In this document: piece after piece, positions 26,765-34,744 of the stretch
Layout of the letters: every line of letters starts with the position of its first letter
Numbering within the stretch: position 1 is the stretch's first letter
Source: an uncultured bacterium
Lineage (GTDB): Bacteria > Planctomycetota > Phycisphaerae > Phycisphaerales > SM1A02
DNA length: 43,166 nucleotides
Assembly: GCA_903927725.1 (NCBI GenBank)
Contig: CAIYOC010000114.1
Coordinates: 1 to 43,166 of the forward strand
Direction: 5' to 3'
Made by a program: the position numbers and the translations under genes
The notes under the pieces: model-generated
The model's database searches: none
Seen by the model: only the letters and a program-made list of their open reading frames with translations
What the model was told of the DNA's origin: nothing

Positions 26765-28381
26765 ATGGCAAGCGATTTCGTTATGAGGACATGCAGGGTC
26801 GCGGCGGTGCTCGCGATCGGCGTCAACGCAATCGCACACAGCGCTGCGAGGGCGGCCACGCAGGGCACCCCGCCAGCACAATCGCCCGCACAGTCGAAAA
26901 CGCCGAAGCCACCGAAGCCCGCCGGCAATGCACAGCCCTCGCCTGCAACAAGCAAGGGCACTGCCAAGCCAACGACGCAGGCTCAAAATGAACCGATAAC
27001 CACGGATCAGAAGCCGATTGGTGCAACGAAGTCCGAGAACACTGTTCCTACATCCAAGCAGGCAGTCTTGCCATCCACGCTCGAGGCCAGAGCGGCAGCC
27101 ATCGAATCCCTTGGGATGACGCTGCACCTGCCCAAGGGGGCCGTCTTCGCGCGCGACATGCAGAGCGCCACCCCGGCTTTCGTGCTGGACGACCAGCAGG
27201 ATCCGCCCCGCTACCGATGCCGACTCTCGATCCTCGTGCCAAGCGAACTCGACGCCACGTGCGAGTCGCTCGTGAGCGACCACCTGCATGCGATGCAGGA
27301 CCGGGGACAGAAGCCCACCATCCTGGCGAACGAACTGCTCCCCTGCGGCGAGCGAGACGGGCGACTGTTCTATGCCAGCGTGCCACTGGACGAGACGACG
27401 ACCGCCATCACCGGCTGGTACCTCGTGCAGATGGCGCCGAGCCAGTTCCTGGTGTGCAGCGTGGTGTCGAGCTCCCTCGACTTCCCGCCAGTGCGGACGA
27501 CCTTGAGGGACTTCTTCGCGAGCTGGGACTTCGCGGATCGCGATGCACTCGCCGTGCGGCAGGTCGAACGTTTGAAGGCAGGCTCTGAACTGCTGGAGCG
27601 CATCGATCCGGCGCGACTGCGTGCAGCGGCTTCGCCGACGGCGCGTTGGTTCCGCATCCACCGGCTGGATGCCGATGGGCGCCCTGCCGAGATCGGCTAC
27701 ATGACGCTGTCGTCGCGGCCGGGCCTGCGTGGCGAAGTCGATCCAAGCAGGGATCCCCAGCGATTCGCGGGCATCGATCGCGACGAAGGGCTGCTCACGG
27801 AGATCCAGTCGCGCACGGTGCTCAGCATCAAAGACGGCGCGTTCACCGACACCGCGGCACGCTTCTGGACGGCGTGGGACCGACAGAGCGAGAGCTGGTC
27901 CGCCATCGCGACGGACCGCATCGGCAAGAAGGCCCGCAGCTTTGCCGAGACCGGGCTTCGTCCGCCACCGACCGCCGCGCAGCCGTTGCCGGTGCTGCAT
28001 GTGATGACGACCAGTGCGCGCATCCCCGACGGCACCGAACTCGAGTGGGAGCCGGACCCCCGCTACTACCTGTCGCAGGGCGAGCTCTGGCACCTCGGCC
28101 GGCTGCTGCCGCGCGACGGATCGTTCACCGGCGAGTTCGGCATGGCGGCCTACGACGGACGTCTGGCGCAACTTCCGATCCGGCAGGATCGATGGTCGCC
28201 GGACGGCAAGCGATGGATGCTCGAATCGCAGCCCGGACGGGACAAGCCCGTGGAGCGCTCGTGGTTCGATGCCGATGGCTTGCTCGTCAAGCGCGTCGAG
28301 GCCGATGGAACCACGACCGAGCTCTCGACGCAGGATGACATCAAGGCGCGCTGGAAGGCCGCAGGACTCCCGATCCGATGA
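26765..28381 (+). CDS. hypothetical exported protein (signal peptide plus Pro/Gln/Lys/Thr-rich linker)
   Basis: 538 aa. N-terminus [28 protein letters not shown] resembles a Sec signal with an AxA site, followed by a low-complexity linker ([30 protein letters not shown]...) and about 430 aa with no domain I recognise. High third-position GC and ordinary amino-acid composition support this strand over the antisense 729-aa ORF. Confidence 0.7.
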   Translation: MASDFVMRTCRVAAVLAIGVNAIAHSAARAATQGTPPAQSPAQSKTPKPPKPAGNAQPSPATSKGTAKPTTQAQNEPITTDQKPIGATKSENTVPTSKQAVLPSTLEARAAAIESLGMTLHLPKGAVFARDMQSATPAFVLDDQQDPPRYRCRLSILVPSELDATCESLVSDHLHAMQDRGQKPTILANELLPCGERDGRLFYASVPLDETTTAITGWYLVQMAPSQFLVCSVVSSSLDFPPVRTTLRDFFASWDFADRDALAVRQVERLKAGSELLERIDPARLRAAASPTARWFRIHRLDADGRPAEIGYMTLSSRPGLRGEVDPSRDPQRFAGIDRDEGLLTEIQSRTVLSIKDGAFTDTAARFWTAWDRQSESWSAIATDRIGKKARSFAETGLRPPPTAAQPLPVLHVMTTSARIPDGTELEWEPDPRYYLSQGELWHLGRLLPRDGSFTGEFGMAAYDGRLAQLPIRQDRWSPDGKRWMLESQPGRDKPVERSWFDADGLLVKRVEADGTTTELSTQDDIKARWKAAGLPIR

Positions 28382-29106
28382 TGACGCTCGCACCGCGCCG
28401 CTCGTGGACCATCGCAGCCGCGTCGATCATGACGATGGCCGCGCTCGTGGGTTGCACGCCCCCGAAGGCGACCTATGCGTTCAGGGCATCGCCGCTCGAG
28501 GCCGATCATGCAGTGGCCCTGACGGGCGACGAGATCATGGGCCGCGGGCGTGCCCCCGAGCAGTGGGTCGACGTGGCGTCGGGCCGTGCACTCACCGAGC
28601 GATTTCCCGAGGTCGGTGCCATGGAGGTCGACGGCATCGGCGACGAGATCAAGCGCTACAGCCGTGACGACGAAGGCCGATGGTTCCTCGAGTCCGTCGA
28701 TGCCATCGGGGATCGCTCACGCAGCGAGTTCTCGCCGGCACTCGGCATGGCTCCGGCACGGCTCGTACCCGGCGAGATCATGACGGCCGAAGCGCAGATG
28801 CGGGTGACGTACCTGAAGAGCGGCGAGGCCCGGACCCAAGGACCGTCGCGACGAACGCTCGAGCACGGCGGCGCGATGCTCGCGGAGCTGCCGACCGGCC
28901 CGGCCGTCGTGCAGCTGGTGAAGGTCCGGTTCGAGTCCACCATGACCAGTGCGCAGGCCATTCATGTCTCGGAACTCTATGTGCTGCCCGGGGTTGGACC
29001 GGTGGCCGAGCGAACAAGCGACCTGGTGCGGGTGTTTGGGCTGCGCCTTCGCGAATCCAACCATGAGTTCGTGAGGGACCTTCAGGGGACGGCCGTGCGC
29101 CGCTGA
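28378..29106 (+). CDS. hypothetical lipoprotein
   Basis: 242 aa. N-terminus [26 protein letters not shown] carries a lipobox (L-V-G-C). The start overlaps the upstream stop (ATGA). No recognisable domain. Confidence 0.65.
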   Translation: MMTLAPRRSWTIAAASIMTMAALVGCTPPKATYAFRASPLEADHAVALTGDEIMGRGRAPEQWVDVASGRALTERFPEVGAMEVDGIGDEIKRYSRDDEGRWFLESVDAIGDRSRSEFSPALGMAPARLVPGEIMTAEAQMRVTYLKSGEARTQGPSRRTLEHGGAMLAELPTGPAVVQLVKVRFESTMTSAQAIHVSELYVLPGVGPVAERTSDLVRVFGLRLRESNHEFVRDLQGTAVRR

Positions 29107-29163
29107 GGTGGCTCGCCACGTCCCTTGACGAAACCAAGAACCGCAAGCGACGAAGACCACTCC

Positions 29164-29937
29164 ATGCGCCCGACGCCCCGCACCCTCATCGCCATCCCCG
29201 TCCACAACGAGGCGGAGCATGTCGACTGCGTGCTCGCCGCGGTGCGGCCGTTCGGCCTCGACCTCCTGCTGGTGGATGACGGCAGCACTGACGAGACGCC
29301 GCGGCTCATCGCGCGCCAACCGGTGCACTGCATCAGGCACCCCATCAACCAGGGCTACGGGCAATCGCTGCGCGATGCGTTCGCGTTCGCCGCCGCGCAC
29401 CGATACGACTGGGTGATCACGATGGACTGCGACGAGCAGCACGAGCCGCGGTTCATCCCTGACTTCCTTCGCGCGATCCGCGACGACGACGCCGACATCG
29501 TGAGCGGCTCGCGCTATCTGATGCCCGAGGGCGATGCCGCACCCGCCGACCGACGACGGATCAACCGCACCATCACCGCGGAACTGAACGAGGCACTCGG
29601 CTGGTCGCTGACCGATTCCTTCTGCGGCTTCAAGGCGCATCGCACTGATGCCATGGCGCGGCTTCGGCTCGACGTGACTGGCTACGATTTCCCGCTGCAG
29701 TTGTGGGTGCAGGCCGCTGCGCTGGGGCTGCGCGTGCGCGAGATTCCGGTTTCGCGCGTGTACGTGGACCTGAACCGCACGTTCGGCAACGGCCTGGACG
29801 ATCCGTCGCATCGGTTGGCGACCTACCGAGCTACGCTCGCGCGCGAACTCGCCAGGATGGATGAGCTCCGACGGGTCGACGCCCTGAGCCGGCTCGACCA
29901 GCCGGCCCAGCGACCTGCGTCGCTGCGGCTTGCATGA
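29164..29937 (+). CDS. family 2 glycosyltransferase (polyprenyl-phosphate sugar synthase / DPM1-like catalytic domain)
   Basis: LIAIPVHNEAEHV..LLLVDDGSTDET..INQGYGQSLRDAF..VITMDCDEQHEP..IVSGSRY is the GT-A fold of GT2 with a DxD-type motif. No transmembrane segment is evident. ATG at 29164 is preferred over the TTG at 29125. Confidence 0.85.
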   Translation: MRPTPRTLIAIPVHNEAEHVDCVLAAVRPFGLDLLLVDDGSTDETPRLIARQPVHCIRHPINQGYGQSLRDAFAFAAAHRYDWVITMDCDEQHEPRFIPDFLRAIRDDDADIVSGSRYLMPEGDAAPADRRRINRTITAELNEALGWSLTDSFCGFKAHRTDAMARLRLDVTGYDFPLQLWVQAAALGLRVREIPVSRVYVDLNRTFGNGLDDPSHRLATYRATLARELARMDELRRVDALSRLDQPAQRPASLRLA

Positions 29938-31268
29938 GCGGCGGGCGCGCGATGGGCCACACCGGCATTCCGTCGACCGACCGCCCCATGCACGGCATGC
30001 GCGAAGGCGACCTTCGCGAGGCGATCCCGGGGCCGCTCTCGGGCTCCATCGACGAAAGCCGACGGCAACTGGGGATACCTGTCGGCGCGCATGGGTTCGG
30101 CCATCAAGCCGGAGCGTGGCACATGGGCATCCTGGCCAAGCAAGCTGCCGTGGTGCAAGGCGCGCCGCCGTCGGCGAGCGTGCACGCGATCGTGGATCAC
30201 GATGCGAACGATGACGCCACCTCAGTCCGCGCGCCGATCCTGCGCGACGGCGCTGTCGATGGACTGGTGGTGCGCTGGGGCCCATCGATCGCGGGCTCGG
30301 CAACGGCGTGGATGCCCGCCGTGAAGCGGCCGACCGGGCGGGATCGACTTGGCGGTGTCGACTGGGCGCTGCCGTGGATCGGCGAGCGCCTGCAGGCATG
30401 GTTCGATGAGCTCGAGCGTCATGCCGATGCACCCAGCGTGGCCGTGCAGGCAGCGCGGGCGAATCAAGGTGTGCTCGTGCCGCTCGGTGCACGCCCCTGC
30501 ACCATCACGATCACGACGTCATCGTTGATGACCACCGCCGTCGGTCACGCCCTCGTGGACCTCATGCTCGCGGATCCGGCCAGGTGTGCCGCGACCTTCA
30601 ACGCTTCGCTGGCGCAGGCACCGCGTGCGGCCACGCCGCTGGCGGAGCGCGGCGACCAGAGCGAACTTCCGCTCTGGCTCATGGGCAAGGGCGGACTGCG
30701 TCGGCGCGCCACGGCAACGGCCGTGCGCGAAGCGCTGTCGAAGGGCGAGCCGATCCTTCCCCGCGCCTTCGTTGCCAGCGGACTGCTGCGCCTGCTGCTG
30801 TCCCGCTTCGTGCACGGCGTTGGAGGCGGCACCTATGAACTCGCCGGCGATGCCTGGTGGCATGCATGGATCGGCGTTCGCCCCGGCCCCTACACGATCA
30901 CGACCGCCACGGAACTGCTGCCGCTGTCGGCACCGAGCGCCCCATCCGTCGACCTGTTACGTCGCGCGTGGACCAATCCGGAACTGCTCGACCCTTCAGG
31001 ACGCGCGCTCGAGGAACGGCAGATGATGCTCGCGGCGATGCAGCGCAAACCTTCCGGATCCGCGGCCAGGCGCGCGGCGTTCCGAGCCATGCGGGACGTC
31101 ATCGAAACGCTTCGTTCACGATACGCACTGGAACTTGATGACCTGCGCCAACGCGCTCCGGCCCGCGAACAACGGCGCGCCGAAGCGCTCGCCAGTGACC
31201 GCACGTGGCCGGCGATGCTTCACGATGCCGGCACGGTGGCCGGCATGTTCAGCGGGTCGGGTCGGTAG
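29934..31268 (+). CDS. hypothetical protein (444 aa) coupled to the GT2 gene
   Basis: The ATG overlaps the GT2 stop (ATGA at 29934-29937). Conserved-looking motifs are GHQAGAWHMGILAK (nt 30099-30140) and FVHGVGGGTYE (nt 30807-30839). No signal peptide. The true start may be one of several downstream Met codons. Confidence 0.65.
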   Translation: MSGGRAMGHTGIPSTDRPMHGMREGDLREAIPGPLSGSIDESRRQLGIPVGAHGFGHQAGAWHMGILAKQAAVVQGAPPSASVHAIVDHDANDDATSVRAPILRDGAVDGLVVRWGPSIAGSATAWMPAVKRPTGRDRLGGVDWALPWIGERLQAWFDELERHADAPSVAVQAARANQGVLVPLGARPCTITITTSSLMTTAVGHALVDLMLADPARCAATFNASLAQAPRAATPLAERGDQSELPLWLMGKGGLRRRATATAVREALSKGEPILPRAFVASGLLRLLLSRFVHGVGGGTYELAGDAWWHAWIGVRPGPYTITTATELLPLSAPSAPSVDLLRRAWTNPELLDPSGRALEERQMMLAAMQRKPSGSAARRAAFRAMRDVIETLRSRYALELDDLRQRAPAREQRRAEALASDRTWPAMLHDAGTVAGMFSGSGR

Positions 31269-32227
31269 ATCCGGGTATCGAGCGACCAGACGCGGTCGGT
31301 GAACTCGGCCATGCCGGCACGGATGGAGCCGCGGTCGGCCTGGCCGATGGCGACGAAGGTCTTGGCATCGAGGTTGTCCAGTTGCGCCACAAAGATCGCC
31401 TCGGGCGTGCTGGGCAGCTTGGCTGCGCCATGCTCGGGCAAGCCGTGATGGCTGAGCACGATGTGCATGAGCACGCGCACCGCCTCGCGCGGCAGCTCGG
31501 CGCCGCCGCGGCGCACGACGGCCGCCTTCGTCTCGAGCACCACCGCACCGCGCACGATGTGGCCGACGAGGTTGCCATCGACGGTGTACGCGAAGCCGCG
31601 CTCCCAGTCGAGCTCCCACACCTTGCCCAGGTCATGGAGGAAGAGCCCCATGAGCACGAGGTCGCGATTGAGCTCGGGGTACAGCGGCAGCATGCGATCG
31701 GCGAGTTCGAGCAGCTGCAGCGTGTGCTGCAGCAGCCCACCGATGAACGCGTGGTGCACGCTGACGGCGGCCGGTGCGCGACAGAAGCCCTCCATGAGCG
31801 CTGCATCGCCAAGGTAGGCATCGGCCAGCGCACGCATGCCCGGATGCTCAAGCGTGCCGAGCAGCTCCTTCACGCGAGCGAACATGCCCTCGATGCTCCT
31901 CGGGGTGCTCGGCAGCAGGTTGACGAGATCGGCGGCATCGACTTCGACCGCCTCCACGCTCTCGAGGATGATCTGGATCGACCCCTGGTAGGTCTCGCTG
32001 CGGCCCGTGACCCAGGCGAAGCCAGTGCGCGACACCTCGGGCAGGCGAGCTTCGTCGAACGTCCAGAGGCGCGCCGGCACTTCGCCAGTGGCGTCACGGA
32101 GGATCGTCTTGAAGAAGGGCTTGCCCATGCGGGTGTTGCCGACCTGGGGGTTCTGGAGGCCGTAGACGCCCGCGATGGCGACGCCGGGCTGGATGTCCTT
32201 GATCTTCACGTGGGGTCGGTCGGGCAT
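31220..32227 (-). CDS. yhaM: YhaM-like 3'-5' exoribonuclease (N-terminal OB fold plus HD domain)
   Basis: 335 aa. The OB-fold-like N-terminus (GKPFFKTILRDATGEVPARLW) is followed by HD-domain motifs HHAFIGGLLQHTL, FLHDLGKVWE and VLSHHG. Confidence 0.8.
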   Translation of the reverse strand: MPDRPHVKIKDIQPGVAIAGVYGLQNPQVGNTRMGKPFFKTILRDATGEVPARLWTFDEARLPEVSRTGFAWVTGRSETYQGSIQIILESVEAVEVDAADLVNLLPSTPRSIEGMFARVKELLGTLEHPGMRALADAYLGDAALMEGFCRAPAAVSVHHAFIGGLLQHTLQLLELADRMLPLYPELNRDLVLMGLFLHDLGKVWELDWERGFAYTVDGNLVGHIVRGAVVLETKAAVVRRGGAELPREAVRVLMHIVLSHHGLPEHGAAKLPSTPEAIFVAQLDNLDAKTFVAIGQADRGSIRAGMAEFTDRVWSLDTRIYRPDPLNMPATVPAS

Positions 32228-32257
32228 GGTTGGTCCTGAATGGGGAAGCGATGCAGG

Positions 32258-33157
32258 CTACCGGATCGCGGGCGCGCCACCGAGCCGCCAGCGCTCGAGT
32301 TCGCCCGGAACGGACGCGGCAAGCTCCTGGGCCAACATGCCTGCGTGGCCATGCTCGGCACTCCAACGGACGCTGGCCAAGCCGTGCAGGCACACCGCCT
32401 GGCGGGCGAGATCGAAGACCGGACACTCGGATCGCGGCGCCCAAAGCCCGGCGATGATGCCGGCGAGGACGTCGCCGGAACCGCCCGTGGCCAGCGCACT
32501 GGTCCCCGCACGGACGGACCATGCATGGGCGCCGTCGGCGATGGAGGTCTCGTGCGACTTGAGCACCACCACGGCGCCCAGCGCGCCGGCCAGTTCGGCC
32601 GCCGTGGCAAGTTCCGTGAGCCCGCACGCACGTGCCAGTCGCCGCGCCTCGCCGACGTGCGGCGTGAGCACGGTGGTCCCGTTGGTGCGCGCACGCAGCG
32701 CGGTGCACAGGTCCTGATCCGAAGCAAGCGCATTGAGCGCATCGGCATCGAGGACGAGCCGAGGCGCCGTCGCGATGACTGACCGCACGATCGACGCGCC
32801 CCGATCACCAAGACCGGGTCCGCAGACCACCACCTCAGCGAGCGCCGCACGATCCTCGAGCCCGCGGAGCGCGCGCACCGTGGGCGTGCCGTGCGCGTCG
32901 AGTTCGATCGCGTGACCGACTGCCGATGGCGCGATCGTGAGACCTGCCACCAGGATCGACTGGGGCATGGCGAGTTCCGCCAGGCCACAGCCAGCACGCA
33001 ACGCGCCGAGCGCAGCGAGTGCGGGGCCACCGACCATCACCACGGGCGACTGCGAGCAACCACCGACGACCAGAACGCGACCGAAGGTGCCCTTGTGGCC
33101 ACTCGCATCACGCGCGGCGATGCGCGGCACTTCACTTGGCCACCGCGAGAGGCTCAC
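32258..33157 (-). CDS. nnrD: ADP-dependent NAD(P)H-hydrate dehydratase (YjeF C-terminal type)
   Basis: GHKGTFGRVLVVGG, GPGLG, LDADALN, VLTPHVGEARRL, GGSGDVLAGIIAG are carbohydrate-kinase-fold NnrD motifs. There is no N-terminal epimerase domain. GTG start at 33155-33157 overlaps the upstream stop. Confidence 0.88.
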   Translation of the reverse strand: MSLSRWPSEVPRIAARDASGHKGTFGRVLVVGGCSQSPVVMVGGPALAALGALRAGCGLAELAMPQSILVAGLTIAPSAVGHAIELDAHGTPTVRALRGLEDRAALAEVVVCGPGLGDRGASIVRSVIATAPRLVLDADALNALASDQDLCTALRARTNGTTVLTPHVGEARRLARACGLTELATAAELAGALGAVVVLKSHETSIADGAHAWSVRAGTSALATGGSGDVLAGIIAGLWAPRSECPVFDLARQAVCLHGLASVRWSAEHGHAGMLAQELAASVPGELERWRLGGAPAIR

Positions 33158-34674
33158 GGTGCGGGCTTCCGCGCACCGCCGACCTCGACGCCGTCGACGG
33201 CAAGGTTGCCCATCAGCGCAACGACGCTGCCGAGGTCACCACCCAGGCCTCCATCACCGAGGGCCGAGACCGCCGTGAGGATGTGGCCGCCGTCGAACGC
33301 GCAGTCAGGCCGCGTGGCATCGAGATCGACCCAGGCGCCGTCGATCACGGCCTGCGTCCACATGTGCCAACCCATGACGTGCTTGCCGCCAGCGAAGCTG
33401 TCGGCGTACACGAGGCCCGTGGCACCGCGCGCCGGGATGCCAGCGCAGCGCAGGAGCGCCGCCAGCAGCGTGGCGTGCTCGCTGCAGTCGCCGGACTTGG
33501 AACGCGCGACGTCGCTGGCGCTGGCGAAGGCGGACCCGAGGTCCTTGCGCTCGATGTACTCCAGCACGAATGCTCGCAGCACCTCGGCGCGCTCGGCGGC
33601 CGGCGCTTGCTCCTTGCCGCGCAGCGCACGCTTGGCGAGGGCCTTCAGGCGCGCATCATTGGTGTCACACATCTGGCTCGGCTCGAGGAACTCCTTGAGC
33701 GCATCGCCCGTGGGCGCAGGCGTGGTGGCCCCACGCTTGACGATGACCTGTTCGCCGCGATCGGTCCGTCGCGTGGACTGGCCACCCGCATCGGGAAGGT
33801 CCAGCGGCGTGCCATCCTTGGTGCGCAGGTCCCACACGACGATCTCGGCGCAGTCGAGGTCGGGGACCGAGGGCTCGAGCTGGATGAAGCTGGCCACGAG
33901 CAGCTCAGGCGCCGCCGCGGCCACGGCACCGGCCGCACCGCCACCGCCCAGCGCCTTGTCCTTGGTCGTCAGCACGGCCTCGATCCTGCCGAGCGCCATC
34001 GGGGTGACCTGGCGGACCATCACTCCCGCGGCGTCGTACTCCTCGATCGTGTCGATCGGCAAGAGCGAGGTGCGCGTGGTCCACGTGGTGCCGGCGAGCT
34101 GCTTCCCATCGATCGTGAGCGGGCCCGTGCCCGTGCGCTGGCTCTTGACCGACATGGGTGCCGTGCCGTTCTGGGGATCGATGGTGGTGAACTCGACGGT
34201 CACCAGGCCATCCTTGAGCGCCTTCTTGCGCAGCGCATCGGCGGCGCGAGGCGTGAGCCAACCCGCAGGCGGCAATGGCTTGGTTGAGGTGGTGGCGCGC
34301 CCGCCCTGCTGCGCCTTCACCTCGATGCCGGTGGGCGAGAAGGTCCAGTCGGTCGTGGTGGGCGCGCCGCCCATCGACTGCGTGAGCGAGGCAGCCACGG
34401 GCGTGTGGTCCGCGCGCTCATCAAAGGTCGAGGAGATCGTGACCGTGACCGATGCCCCGGCGCGCCCCACGCTGAGCGTGGACTCGGAGAGCGTGCGGAA
34501 GAGGTCGCCATCCTGCTGGAGCGTGGTGCGCAGATGACCGCAGGGCTGCCCGCCCAGCGTCATGGCGTACCAGGCTTCCTCGACGGTGGTCCAGCCGGCG
34601 GCGGCCGGGTGCACGATCCATGCGACGGCGATCGATGCAAGCGAGCGGATGAGCCGGGAGCGGGTCGTGATCAT
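33154..34674 (-). CDS. transglutaminase-like cysteine-protease-fold exported protein
   Basis: 506 aa. Begins at MITTRSRLIRSLASIAVAWIVHPAAAG (signal-like). The C-terminal core has KSGDCSEHATLLAALLRCAGIPAR ... GWHMW ... VDLDAT, a Cys-His-Asp transglutaminase triad pattern. The ORF-track start at 35217 would overlap lysS, so the ATG at 34672-34674 was chosen. Confidence 0.8.
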   Translation of the reverse strand: MITTRSRLIRSLASIAVAWIVHPAAAGWTTVEEAWYAMTLGGQPCGHLRTTLQQDGDLFRTLSESTLSVGRAGASVTVTISSTFDERADHTPVAASLTQSMGGAPTTTDWTFSPTGIEVKAQQGGRATTSTKPLPPAGWLTPRAADALRKKALKDGLVTVEFTTIDPQNGTAPMSVKSQRTGTGPLTIDGKQLAGTTWTTRTSLLPIDTIEEYDAAGVMVRQVTPMALGRIEAVLTTKDKALGGGGAAGAVAAAAPELLVASFIQLEPSVPDLDCAEIVVWDLRTKDGTPLDLPDAGGQSTRRTDRGEQVIVKRGATTPAPTGDALKEFLEPSQMCDTNDARLKALAKRALRGKEQAPAAERAEVLRAFVLEYIERKDLGSAFASASDVARSKSGDCSEHATLLAALLRCAGIPARGATGLVYADSFAGGKHVMGWHMWTQAVIDGAWVDLDATRPDCAFDGGHILTAVSALGDGGLGGDLGSVVALMGNLAVDGVEVGGARKPAP

Positions 34675-34744
34675 GGCTGTGGTCCCTGGAAGGCGATGCG
34701 GCCGTCGGCCGGCCTGGTCGTGGTTGAACGGTGCGGCAGCGCGC

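Noticed and set aside
28717-30492. 591-aa minus-strand ORF opposite the lipoprotein, GT2 and 444-aa genes
   Set aside because: It is antisense to a GT2 gene with clear catalytic motifs. It has an Arg/Pro/Ala-rich translation and no motif.
26765-31268. Horizontally acquired island or mobile element interpretation of the unknown operon
   Set aside because: No integrase, transposase, flanking direct repeats or tRNA attachment site is present. GC content and codon bias look like the rest of the window, apart from the low-complexity linker region.
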